Part shown: one piece after another, positions 51,801 through 64,000 of the stretch | Layout: every line of letters begins with the position of its first letter | Position numbering within the stretch: position 1 is the stretch's first letter | DNA from: Takakia lepidozioides | Lineage: Eukaryota; Plantae; Bryophyta | DNA: 64,000 bases | Assembly: GCA_030704615.1 (NCBI GenBank) | Contig: CM060732.1 | Location: forward strand, 3,782,001-3,846,000 | Reading direction: 5' to 3' | Translations under genes and position numbers: made by a program | The notes under the pieces: generated by a model | Seen by the model: only the letters and a program-made list of their open reading frames with translations | Database searches by the model: none | What the model was told of the DNA's origin: nothing

Positions 51801-54800
51801 ACATCCAGGAAAAAGACATAAGTGGGTTTCCCTTCTTTTTTCCTTCCCTGGATAATCTGGCTTAGAGTGAAGATATGATCCACACAGCCCCTGTTTCGCC
51901 GAAAGCCACCTTGGCCTTCGTGGAAACAACCTCTAGACTCCAGATCAACCTCGAGACGAGTACTTATAACTCTGCAGAATGTCTTGCCAACAGCATTGAG
52001 GAGCGTGATGCCACGGTAGTTCCCCGGTTCTTCTCTGTCACCCTTCTTGTATAGATTGACAATGACCCCCTGTCGCCAGCGAAAGGGGATCATTTCAGTC
52101 TTCCAGATAAGGTTAAAGAGGAGAACTAGGGCCTCTATCATGGGATCGCCACCGTGCTTGATAAGCTCGTTGACAATACCATCAGGTCCACCAGCTTTAT
52201 ATCCATTTAAATGTTCAATTGCTTCCACAATCTCAGAAGAACTAATGGGAGTATTATAAGCAATTGTATATACTCCAGTTCATCAGGGCTGTTTTGAATC
52301 GTAGGAACAGTTTTTCCAACTGTGTCCCTCCATTCAGCAGAAGACCCCTCACTGTTAGACCTAGAAGTTCTGCCAAGGATACTGTAGTGAGTTTCAAAGG
52401 TTTTGACAATGTCAACCGATGAAATCACCACTGCACCTTTAGTAGTCTTCAGCGCTTGTACTTGCTGACCGTTTTTCGGCTTGTACAAACGTTGAAGGGC
52501 CAACCAGAATTTCTTGTCATTACCACCATGGTGGTTTGAGTTTATTTCACTGTATAACAACTTGTCCCAGTATAATTTCTTCTGAGACCTAACAAGCTGA
52601 TTGATATCTTTACGGAGCTGGTAGTACCTCACCCACAATTCTCTGTTGGTTTCTCGTCTCTCAGCTATCTTGAGTTTAATCTCATTAGTCCACCAATTAA
52701 CTGCTCTACCGCAGACAATTAGTTTCCTCCCAATGATCTTGTCAGCCACGGAGGAAACGAAACTCTCCCAAGAGTCCACTGCTCTTTCAACTTCATTTCT
52801 TGCGTTAACAGAGCGTGACTGAAGTTCTTGGAGCGATTGGACAAAATGAGGGAGAGCCTCTTGCAAGGCCTGGACGTACTCAGCCTTGACCTCCTCATTG
52901 TGGAATTTTTCTATGCGCCACTTCCGAATCGAACGTTTCACAGATCTCTTGGTGGTGGGAAAACACCTTTTGATCTCAGTCCAAACCAGGAAGTGGTCAG
53001 AGGTACCAATATTAGTTCTGTCGATCAACACATTGGCACACTAGGGGAACAAAATTTTGTCCATTATGATATAGTCCACAATGGAACGTTCCCCAGTTTG
53101 GGATTTCTCACGAGTCCACTGCTCTTGGTCACCTCTTGTCCTGTTATTCAAGGTCAAAAGCTGAAGCTCTTCTAGACAGTTAATTAACCGTCTGCCATTA
53201 GAATTCAGCTCGTCCTCACCAAAAGGTCCAATGATATCGTCCTGATGGATCCCTTTGCCCACCCGGGCATTGAAGTCCCCCAATAGTACCACCTGACCTT
53301 TGGCAAGGAACGAAGCACAGTCCAGCTTTACATCTTCGAAGGCCTTGTCTGCGTCAGCACTAAGGGTCCCCTCTGTGGGCATGTAAACACAACCAACAAA
53401 GAGGTCCTTTGTACTCATGCTGCCCTTCAAATTCAGTTTTAGCCAGATACTATGCTCGTACCTCAAACCCTTGTTGATAATTTCACAATTGTCAAACAAG
53501 AAATCACGGACAAAGAATCCGACCCCTTTTTGACCGCGTTTGGCAGAGGCTGCCTTGAGAGTACACATCTTACCTGCCCATGTATAACCAATGACATCTC
53601 CAACCAGTTTATCCGACGTTTCCCATGTTTCTTGCCCAGCACAGATATGAATATCATTAGTCCGAAGAACTTGTCCCACTTCAAGTTGTTGGTCAACCCT
53701 GAGAAGTTGAAAGTGGCCAGCCGCAAGCCCTTTGCGTGTGAATTGTTTGTCGTCTAGGTAGCTTGTGATTGCTCCTGGACGGCCAACCGTTCTGCAAAGG
53801 GGGGACAGTTACCCCATGTGTAGATTTTGCTCGTCTTGTGTAAACTTTGAGAATTGGTAAACCATTCAGGGTACCAAATCTTTCAGTTACACGACGCACA
53901 GGCTCCGCACACATAGGGGCAGATTGTCCGTCAGACTGCTTGGGGACAATTACCCCGTGTATAGATTTTGCTCGTCTTGTGTAGACTTTGAGGATTGGTA
54001 AACCATTTAGAGTACCAAATCCTTCAGTTACACGACGTTCAGGCTCTGCACACTTAGGGACAGATTGTCCATCTGACGGCTTGGGGACAATTACCCCGTG
54101 TATAGAATTTGTTCGTCTTGTGTAAACCTTGAGGATTGGTAAACCATTCAGAGTACCAAATCCTTCAGATTCAGGACGTTCAGGTTCCGTACACTTAGGG
54201 GCATCTTGTCCTTCTGGCTGTTTGGATTCAACCTCATCCAGAGCATCAAACCGATTAGAAACTCTCAAGTTGCAGTTGTTGCCCTTGGTTGTCTTCCTAG
54301 AGCGCCCCATTGAATCACCAATGTCTAAGACCGCTCTCCAGCCAGTCAAGGGACGAACTTCTTTGAGATTGAATTGATGCGGGACTCTATTAGAAGCACT
54401 TTTGGTCATTGCAACCTTCAACGTACCCCTGTTATCAAGTCTCGAGATGGTACCATTAGCCATGAAATCCAAGCCTAAGCTAGAGCATGTAGTTTAAAGG
54501 ACACATCGTCCATCCTGGGATTCACCCCAAAAACTACACATGAAGCCCTAGATTTGGCATAAGTAACCAATTCCCAGGGATCACCCTGAGGAGTGTTGAT
54601 GTAAAGGAGCTAAATTTTTGATTGTTTTCGCAGGCCATAAGTTTAAGCACAGGAACCAACCCGAGCCCAAGTGCCGAGTGTCCACCCAATGTCAATAGGC
54701 TTCCTAGAGGACAGGGAGAAAGCACAATGAGAGAGAGTGGGAGAAGGACAAGGAGATAAGGGTGATTTGAAGAGAGAAAAGAAAACTCTCTTACCGGCAG

Positions 54801-56200
54801 AATGAAGATACAGACAACTTGTCACAAAGAGCCAGACTTTTCTTGGAGGGAATTACCCCCATGTTATAGCTGCATGGCATCCACCTTCAGCAGTTACTTC
54901 CCTTCACATATCTCATGGCAGACCATCCCTACTAGTCCATATGCTAACAACTGAAAATTTGTGAAGAAGTTTATATGACATGGCTGGTGTTGTTAAAGAT
55001 TGGGTGGCACATGATAGGCTTTTTTTCTACCAAGGAAAAAGCTGCAGACATTGCAAAAGCTCCTCCACATCAGAAGAACCTTTGAATCCTGTATTGCATT
55101 TAGAAGATTGCTTTACCTGAAAAGACAGACAATGAAGTAGGGATCACTCACAGCTTCTCTAAGAGAGAGTCCGTCATTTCCATACGGAAAGGGTCCTTGG
55201 GGTCAAGCTTCTTGATGATGCTCACCAACTTTGTCACCATGCCACTCATTTTGTTGTACCTGTATTTAAGTCACAACACAGGAGATGGAGGAGTCGATTT
55301 TTAGCATTCCCCATGCCAGTGAAGTTGCTACTCCCTCTCTTTGTGCATCCAGTGGAATAAGGATAAAGCAAACACCAGACCTTGAGACTAACTCTACAAA
55401 TCCCCTGGCATATTTACAGCACAAGTAAAGTGATTGGCCCCTGTGTATGGCATTGAATTGCCTCGAAGTATACTCCATTCCATCAAACTCTTCTTAAAGA
55501 GGAAATCAATATAGTAAGGGTAAGGAAATTTTGCTTCTGACACGAACTACTAGTTGGTTTCATTTTACAGTCTCAAACCCTCTTACAAGAAAGAAAGAGT
55601 GGAAGAGCTCTTTATTTAGACCATGGATCCGGCAGATGAAAATAAATTTATTTTGACCCATTGGATGTTGGCAAGGCTGGCAAATCAACTCCCCCGGCCA
55701 AGCCATCAGACCTTGGCCAGATCTGGAGACAATTACCATCAAGGACCTAAACAAGCAGCTCTCACATGACTGTTGCCACTCACCCGATGAGAAGTGTCCA
55801 TGGATGCACCCATACTAGGGTTTCATCAACAGCAGTCATTTATGACAAGCACTTGCACATGCCTGACAGATTTACAATCACTATAAACCTAATTGAACGG
55901 AATCTCTATGCCCTCTTTCTGGGACAAAGGGTGAAAGGTTCTTCAGCAACTTCTGGAAACGAAAAACCCTACACAATGGAGAATAAGGTCACGGCGCATA
56001 GAAACGTCAATTTTTCATTGACCCAAATTCATAAGTCGGGGAAAGGGAGGGAGACAGAAACCATACTTGGGGTAGTCATCACGGCCAGTGATATTGTAGC
56101 GGCGCATAACACGAACTTCATGCAGGCCGCGCTCTTTCTTCCATTCTAAAAAGTTCACCTTCTTCAGCAATTTCTGCTCATGGTACTTGAGCTTCCTCAT
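48820..56200 (-). CDS. IMP3: U3 snoRNP protein IMP3 (182 aa, 5 exons)
   Basis: Exons 56200-56067, 55259-55152, 54869-54795, 49495-49416, 48971-48820 (549 nt, all GT-AG). [17 protein letters not shown]...[14 protein letters not shown]...[31 protein letters not shown]...DDYDLLN. Confidence 0.95.
50177..54472 (-). mobile_element. LINE (APE endonuclease, RT, C-terminal CCHC; RTE-X-like) in IMP3 intron 3, disrupted
   Basis: EN: [33 protein letters not shown]: [39 protein letters not shown]-terminal CPLC...HFLIHC. Stops and frameshifts at about 53680, 53041 and 52225. Clade tentative. Confidence 0.92.
53800..54205 (-). repeat. 141-bp (47-aa) tandem repeat in the LINE 5' ORF
   Basis: ttacccc(a/g)tgt at 53809, 53950 and 54091; [16 protein letters not shown] three times. 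Confidence 0.9.
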
Positions 56201-56757
56201 GACTTCTCACTCTTCTCTTTCCCGCTGTTAGCCGAGCACCTTCGATCTGCCACACTTTCACCTTGGATCAAGGGAGGTTTTCTTGCCGCTTCCTAGAGAG
56301 ACACCCACGCAGAGACGAGAAAACTTTGGGTCGTCGAAGAGCCGTAACTTTCACTCGTCGGCTCAACGGTAACTTGGGATTGTTTTTTAATTAATTGATT
56401 GATTAACTTTATTTTTTATTCTAACGACGACCGAAGGTCGGAAGCTAGTTTAGCGTAGAGCAGGAATAGGGTACATAGTGCCTCGTCATCGTCGCCACGT
56501 TTCGTAGACGTCATCACCGTCGTCAAATTCTTTATATCTGCCCGGACTGCCCAAAAATAACTGTCTTGCATTGCAGCGGGGAAGGGACGACGATGCCCAT
56601 GCGTCCTTGAGCGCGGAGGGGTTTCACACACTGGTCAATCTTGGTGGATGTTTTTTCACATAATATAACAGAGACGAGGATAAGCTCTGAAATGAAGAGT
56701 ATTAGCACTTGGCTCCTGTTAGTACCATGATTTGGTATTCTTCCTGATGTTTACAAG

Positions 56758-57207
56758 GTTCTTGGGAGAGTCGGTTTGGTCTTAGCAGGCCGTGTTTCAA
56801 TCTCTGCCTGCTCAGCTACACGTGGTGGTTCTCACAGACCAATCCGACATTACCTGACTACAGACTCAAGCAGCACACACAAGAGGTCTTTTTGGGTTGA
56901 TGGTCGGTCAAATCCTCCATGGGTCTTGAGACAAGGTCTAGGACACTGTGGTGAGGGCACCTTCTTCTTCCACCTATTTCTCCTTGTTTTGCCCTCTCAT
57001 CAGACTCGGCCCTGAGATGCATATTGAATTCTGTAAGTTAGCTCGTTGGGTGGGTCTGTGGTGGTTTGGAGTGACTTTGACAAGTTATTGCCGATGTGGC
57101 AGCAGGAAAGTATCCAAAAACAGATAACATAGATGAGGAGAAGCTTTGGAATGAACACTTTCCCGACCCCAGTCAATGGTGGGACAATGGAGACAAAAAT
57201 GTGAATG
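56758..57207 (+). pseudogene. OSB-type PDF-motif gene fragment
   Basis: HKRSFWVDGRSNPPWVLRQGL and EEKLWNEHFPDPSQWWDNGDKNVN resemble PDF motifs of plant organellar ssDNA-binding proteins; frames broken. Confidence 0.65.
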
Positions 57208-57995
57208 GTTTTTGTCATCGAACTGTGAAAGAAGCGTGGAGTTCATTTTCAGAACATTGTCCCTCATCTTCTCAAGGCGACTATCCAGGTCAGGAGCAGA
57301 CCTCATTCTGGTATGGCTCATTGGCCTTGTCATTGAAATGTTTGAAATTGTCAAACATACTCTAGCCACTTACTGCTTCTTTCCAAATGCTTTTGTCTCG
57401 AGTATGCTGAAGGTGTCAGTAATTGAGACAGAAAGGTTAATGTCATCAAGACTGTCTCCAGTCCATTGACCACCAAGTGCCTGCCCTCCTTCACAGAGTC
57501 CATGGACAACACCAACTGATGAGTGAAGCCTTAATGTAGTGGAATCTGATTGCAGGAGGGGCGGAAAAGCCACAGAGTGGTCTTGCGATATGATCATCTT
57601 GGATATTCCGGACGGAAGAGGTTACCCTGTTACCCAATGGCAACGTTGATGGAGAAAATCTTATGCCCAGTGTACAGTGGGTAATGATCTTACAAAGCTC
57701 CCTTCCTACTGTTTGTTCTTATAATGACTGTCAATCGAAGTTTTGGTTGTTTTTAGACCTATAATTTTCGGTGGTTGGTTTATGACGGCTTATAACTTCA
57801 TGATTTACATTTTTGGCAGGTCGTTGTGTGTGAGAGAGTTATTGAGATGCACTCGTTTCATGTTGATGATGAGATCCTGTTGAAAGCATACTCGTAGTCG
57901 TGGTGGATGTTGATTCCTAAACACAAGAGTGCGGTAGGGAGTGTTTCAGAGAATGAGGAGGTTATTTAGGACTTGTTCTCGGTGGTTTCGAGCAG

Positions 57996-59000
57996 AAGAC
58001 AAAGTAGTTCAGCTCTCAGAAGAAAGAGATCACAATGTAGAGAGTTTAGGGGCACATGTGAAAGCAGTGATTGGGCCCACGTGGAAGGATATCCTTTGTG
58101 GAGAAGACAAGGCTGGAGTGGCAAGTGAAGCTGGCAGCCCAGTTGTTCTAGTCTTCTGCAGCTCTGCTATACAATGTGTTGAGCTTCTGAGGTGAGATAT
58201 ATATTTATATATATGTGTATATATCACCCTCTGGGGTTAAGTCGCTGAGGCGTTTTTCTGTTTGTTCTAATTTGTCACTTTTAATTTGGTTGTTTGTTCC
58301 AACAACGTGAATTCTTGCCCCATGGGCTAGAGTTTCAAGGCAAAAGAGCATGTTTTAGGGAAATCTGACATGACTTAATCCATCCATGACGAGCACAAAG
58401 CACCACATTCAATAAGTTTTCTTGAAGGGGTGATGATGGTGAAAGTGGGTTTGTGGCAGCTGACAGGGAGACTCCCGTGGTTTTATGAACAGGGGATTGA
58501 AGGTGTTCACAGGCAAGTGTAAACCTGTCAAGTTATTTGCCAAGAACATCAAGGTGGAGGAGCAGGTGCATAGAATATCACTTGAGAGCTCGACAATGGA
58601 TACTGTGGTGTTGGCTTTGTGTTCTAGTCTGATTGTTGATCAAGCTTAGTGGCATGCTACATCCTTCAAATTTCAGAGTTACTTACTGCGTTCCTAGAGC
58701 CACACATATGTATCAGATTTTGGATTGCTGAACTCCTACAAGCAGAGCCTCGAAGAGTTGACAGGATGTGAGAAATCTATTGGAGGCCACACTGGTGGAT
58801 ATGCCCAAGTCATGTGTGCAACATTTTCAATTTTATAACCATGTGTAGCAGTAATCAGCTTCAAATTCTCCTTGCAACTGATACCTTGCAGCCTTAATAG
58901 AAGTTGATTTTCACCTGGGGTTCACATATGGATTTTTCTGTGCTTTTCAGGTGACTGCCTTAGAAGAGTGCGTCAATATTGTTGCAGGGACGCCAAACAA
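57996..59000 (+). pseudogene. CMSS1: CMSS1/Cms1 fragment (three internal exons with introns)
   Basis: Exons 57996-58191, 58493-58565, 58951-~59000: GSPVVLVFCSSAIQCVELLR / GLK...VKLFAKNIKVEEQ / VTAL...VNIVAGTPN. No first or last exons seen. Confidence 0.8.
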
Positions 59001-59054
59001 GTTTTTGGATATACATTGCAGCAATCTGTTGCGAGTTCTGTCTTTTTCTCAAGT

Positions 59055-60057
59055 CCATGATTGTAGGATATGTTGCGAATAGGTGGGGTAAGGAGGCTGT
59101 CAACATGTATGACCAAATGGGGGATTGCTTAACTGTGAGCAGAATCCGTGAGCAGAAAATTCCGTGAGCAGAATTCTGCTCACGCTTCAGGATCTTGTCG
59201 CCTATAACCGCGGACGCCTATTCGACTTATAACACCTATTACTGCGCAGACTGGTCAGAATTACAAGCTCGGGTATGGATGCTGCTTGGATGAATGAAGG
59301 ATGAATGGAGGATGAATGTTGGTATTACGAATGACACATGGATGAATGAAATAAATATAGTGCAGTGTATTCTAAAGTATGTTGGCAACAATGAATCCAC
59401 ATTGCTGAATTGATTGAGGAGGGGTATGGATGGTTGATAGTGAGGCTCTTACCCAATTGGAAAGAAGGCAGAGAGGTGAACTGGTGCTTCATAAATAAAC
59501 GTTCCAAAACATGCGATTCATTCCGACAAAGAAGATCCAGTGCTACATGAGCTACTGTTCAAAACGAAGGCAGAACTGTCTACAAAGACGCTAGCCCTGC
59601 TCTTTAGAAAACTATGTTTGTTGTGAAGCACAAAAGGGGGAGATGTTTGTAGACTATATTCCGTAGCCGCAGCCTCCGCATAAGATGACAAATAAAAATT
59701 TGTTGGAGGACTTGGGAAAAAATCCGGGTTGGCAAAGAAAGGTAGAAATCGTGGTGTCCTGGGACTCCTGCATTCATACACCAATGAGCAAACTTTGCAA
59801 ATGGTCCGCATGCCAAACGAGTGCACCTAAGATGAATATGAAAACGATGCGTCCTGAGGTCAACGATCATCCTGGGGTCAACGATTGTACACCAATGAGC
59901 AAACTTCTGGTCACCTGGAAGAAAGACATGACAACGAATAATAAATTATGTAGTCTGAGCAATTTGTCGATGCCATTCATCCCAAATAGCACACCAGAAG
60001 ACCAGCCAGATTAAGATGTTGTTGACGACACCTTAATCTGACACATTCGGTGGAAAA

Positions 60058-60120
<63 letters not shown>

Positions 60121-61900
60121 TTTTTATTTTTTTATTTTTATTTTTTTGGGGTTTGTTGGGTTCAATTCTCATATTCGGACAGGGCAGCGAATTAAGGTAT
60201 CGTTGATGATACCTTAATCCCTAGCCCCTGCACACACATGCTTACCGCTAAGGCATGTGTTCCCTCTTCAATAACATCTAATTTGTCACTTTTCGGGGAT
60301 TGTTTTTTTTTTTTTTTTTCCTGTTGGGTTCAATTCTCAGGTTGGCACAAGGCTGGGAATTAAGATGTCGTTGACGACACCTTAATCTGCAGCCCCTCCA
60401 CACACTCACTTACCGGTAATGCATGTGCTCCCTGAGTTGAAATGTCATGTGCCCTTGTTCGGAATTGAGCTACCGTTGAGGGCACTTTTAGGCCTGTTTC
60501 CCTACACAAATTTGAACCCCCCCTATGGTTTTATCGTGGGCTGACATGTGTTGAGATAGGCTGCGAGTTAAGCTGTTGTTGACTACAGCTTAATGTCTTC
60601 TTCCCTGCGCATGCTCATCCCTGATGATACATGTTGTTGCAGTCATCCATGGTTTACTCGTCTAGGCAATTTTTCATCTGATAATCATCCAGCGTTCATC
60701 CATTCCCGTTTGCGTTCATCCCACATACATTCATCCGAAACCTTTTTCATCGCATTTTCGTGCCACATTGTCGTCATGGAGCATGTCTATCTTCGATCCG
60801 ATCGAACAGACACTGCGTCCTTGCAGTGGAGTTCGTGTCCACGGCTATAGGCCCACTTGTTCCCTCGGTTTTGGGGTCCGCATCAGTAATCTGCTCACGC
60901 TTTCAATCTGCTCACGCATCAAGGAATCTGCTCACAGGTTCTGCTCACGCCTTAGCTGCCCTCGACCAAATGATACAGACAGGGGTGACCCCCCATGAGA
61001 TCACGTACATTTGTTTTCCCAAGGCCTGCCAGCCTAGTAGCTCTTGAAAAAGGCACAGAGGTACATGCTGACGTCCTCAAAGTTGGGATTGTGTCTGATT
61101 ATATCCTAGAGATTGCCCTTGTCAACATCTATGCCAATGCGGGAGCTTAAAGAGTGCACGTCAATTGTTCAACGATATGGCTCAATGATATGTCAACACG
61201 TGGTCTCATGGAGCACCATGATGGCAGGATATGCCCAGCATGGGTGTGGTCGGGAGGCCTTCGAACTATTTGAACAAATGCAACAGGAAGGGTTGAAACC
61301 GGACAGTATCACCTTTCTCTGTCTTCTCTATGCATGTAGCCAGGCGGGCCTGGTGGATGAAGGCCGCCACTACTTTGATTGCATGAGTCAAGGTCATGGC
61401 CTTACTCCTGGAGTGGAGCATTTTGGCTGCAAGGTGGATCTTCTTGGCCGTGTAGGGCAATTGGATGATGTCGAGGACTTCATTGATGACATGCAGCCAA
61501 TGGAACCAGACGCTTCACTGTGGGGGGCCTTGCTTGCTGCCTGCAAAATTGGCAACGTAGAGCTAGCAGAATGTGCAGCAAATCCCTTCTCTAGTTGGAT
61601 CCACTACCAGCTGCAACTTACATGCTACTATCAAGCATATATGCAGTGGCTGGCAGATGGGACGATGCAGCAAATGTGAGAACAATGATTTGGGGGCAGG
61701 TGTGACAGAAGGAGCCTGGGCATAGTTGCATTGAGGTAGACGACCAGGTGCAAAAATTCATGGCAGAAGACATATTGCATCCACAAATGGAGGAAATTCA
61801 TGCGAAGATGAAGAAATTGTCCAAGGACTGGGTATATGCCTGACATGTGTTTTGTATGGCATGATATGGAGGAGGCACTATAACGAGAAATGAACATGAA
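59055..61900 (+). pseudogene. PLS-class PPR gene remnant with E/E+ domain, split by the MULE
   Basis: MIVGY...MYDQM|IQTGVTPHEITY across the TSD; VVSWSTMMAGYAQHG, PDSITFLCLL...GLVDEG, WGALLAACK, YMLLSSIYA..GRWDDA; frameshifts. Confidence 0.85.
59120..60963. mobile_element. non-autonomous Mutator-like (MULE) element
   Basis: 9-bp TSD GACCAAATG (59111-19, 60964-72); imperfect G-initiated TIRs built from gtgagcaga/tctgctcac repeats; removal restores a PPR motif. Confidence 0.85.
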
Positions 61901-62483
61901 TGTGAGAAGCTTGAGCATTCAGTAATCAGGAGATCCTGCCAAGATGTGCTTTACACGTAGAAAATATCGATTACATTAAAACTGTAGTTTGGTATATCTT
62001 TGAACAGACTGTGTAAAACATTGAAAACATATATCAATATCAAGACAATTGTTTTTTATCAAGGCGATCAGTCTTTATGAAGACAATTATCTTTTATCAA
62101 GACAATAAAACTAAATGATGAGAAACTAAACGATGAGCGATAGAAATAAACAACCGACCTCCTATCCAGACGAAACAAATGCTAAACAAAAAGAAAAATA
62201 CAGAAAACGGGGTTCAACTCCCCCTCATTTTTTGGGCATAGATAGAGGTAGTTGCATCAAACAATGAAATGTGGAAACGTGACATGGTAGCTTTGGCAAC
62301 ACCCCACCATTTTTCTTGCGCGAAACAATGAAATACGGGATGTGTATGTGACACCATGCGCATGACCCCGCCCTTTTTGTGACCCCGCCCTTTTTGCGAG
62401 GTTTCTCCTGTTGCATTTCGTTACAAGGCGGTGTCCCCGTTTGCGTGTCTCTGTGTGCGTCTGCCTTTGTGGTTGCTGGAATC

Positions 62484-62592
62484 ATGGCTGGTGTGGAGGG
62501 ATAGCACCAACAATGCAGGAGAAATTCACAATGAGGAGGAGAAGAAGCCTTTGGAGGGGGGAGGTCACATTAATCTGAAAGTGAAGGGTCAG
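62484..62592 (+). pseudogene. SUMO: SUMO first exon, orphan and frameshifted
   Basis: ATG...EEEKKPLEGGGHINLKVKGQ|gt at the usual plant SUMO intron position; no downstream SUMO exons. Confidence 0.75.
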
Positions 62593-62659
62593 GTAATGGA
62601 AGCCCGTGGCATTTTTGTAGGGTTTGTTTCCCTGTTGGGCTTGAAGTTGTTAGGATCGT

Positions 62660-64000
62660 AGAGAATGGCACTTCTGGGCATGTGAAGATGCTTTGTGCGG
62701 CAGGCAGTCTGACAGAGCCTCTACAGACTTTAAACCAAGGAGGCATTCAGCAGATTCAGATACATATGTCTGTCTCTTGCTTAAGTGCATCAAGATGGAA
62801 GGTCTGGAAGCTGGAAAGCAGATGCACACTCACATTATCCAAAGTGGATTCGCTCCAAAAGTTTTTCTACTCGACACCCTTGTCAACATGTATGTTAAGT
62901 GCGGGAGCATCATGGATGCTCTCCAAGTGTTCAACAGAATGCTTCAACGATCTTTGATCACGTGGAATATAATGTTGGCAGGATTCACCAAGCATGGGTG
63001 TGGTAGGAATGCTTTGGAAACCTATGAGCAAATGCTGCTCGAAGGGGTGGGTTGGACGATATGTGGTTTCATGGAACGCCATGATTGCAGAATATGCTCA
63101 ACATGGGTGTGTTAGGGAGGCTTTCGAGATCTATGAGCTAATGCATAGGTAGGGGGTGATACCCAACAGGGTCACTTTCACTTCTGTGCTCAATGCATGT
63201 GCCAGTCTAGGAGACCTAGAGAAGGGCAAAGAGATCATGCTGATATCATCAGAGGTGAAATTACAAAATGGCGGAACGAGATGTTGTATTATGGAACTCC
63301 ATGATTACATGTTACATTGGAGGTGGTTTCTCAGGGTTTGTGCCAATGTGGCAGCCCTTGAGAAGGGCAAAGAGATCCATGCTGGCATTATCAAGCCAGA
63401 ATTGTGTCAGATAACATTCTAGGTACTGCCTTGGTAAGCAAGTATGCCAAATACGGGAGCATAAATAATGTATGGCAAGTGTTTGACAATATGGCTGAAC
63501 GGGATGTAGTCTCATGGAGTGCGATGATCGCAGGATATGCCCAGCATGGGTGTGGTACGGAGGCTTTGGAGACCTATAAGCAAATGGTATGAGAAGGGGT
63601 GGCACCTGATCAGTCTACGTTTGTTTGCACTGTCAATGCCTGTGCAAGCCTGGCAGCCCTGGAGAAGGGCAAACAAGTCCATGCTGACATAATTAAAGCT
63701 GGAATTGTTCCAGATATCATTTTGGAGAATACCCTAGTCGATGGTATGCCAAATGTGGCAGCCTTGAAGATGCAAGTCGGGTGTTTGGCAATATGGCTAG
63801 ACAAATTGTGGTCTCATGGAGTGCAATGATCGCAGGATATGCCCAAAATGGGTGTGGTAGGGAGGCTGTGGAGACCTATGAGCTAATGATACGGGAAATG
63901 TATGAAGGGAGTGTTCGACAGTATGGCTGAACGAGCTGTGGTGTCGTGGAGTGCGATGATTGCAGGATATGCACAGCAAGGGTGCGGGATGGAGGCTTTG
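62660..64000 (+). pseudogene. PLS-class PPR remnant (runs off the window)
   Basis: TLVNMYVKCGS, DVVSWSAMIAGYAQHG, ACASLAALEKGKQVHADII; many stops and frameshifts. Confidence 0.88.

Noticed and set aside
50160-54460. LINE TSD (gagattgtactcat vs gagatggtaccat)
   Set aside because: Imperfect match that could be chance, so LINE ends are left approximate.

Overview
Land-plant nuclear DNA (spliceosomal introns, PLS-class PPR remnants, plant Ty3 lineages; probably a non-seed plant, by inference only). Two genes look intact: a single-exon F-box gene (8142-9335, +) and a five-exon IMP3 gene (48820-56200, -) with a LINE in intron 3. Most of 15-48 kb is a nest of transposons whose ends can be read from TSDs. 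A chromovirus (19232-26089, TSD TAAAA) sits in a probable solo LTR. A 17-kb non-chromovirus Ty3 element (29438-46627, TSD AGCTT) carries extra ORFs, an internal inversion and a Pack-CACTA (37098-41295, TSD TAT). Removing these insertions reveals the most unusual object: a decayed, intron-containing minus-strand gene (about 26560-47460) with a ParB/Srx-like N-terminal region and a bacterial-type beta-class DNA amino-methyltransferase (N4C/N6A) domain. Its introns hold clusters of 24-bp palindromes. A small Mutator-like element (59120-60963, 9-bp TSD) carries a homologue of its 3' coding segment and related palindromes, suggesting a MULE-type family with ParB-MTase cargo. 56.7-64 kb is a collage of gene fragments (OSB-type PDF motifs, CMSS1, PPR, SUMO). 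All calls come from manual reading; no searches were run.
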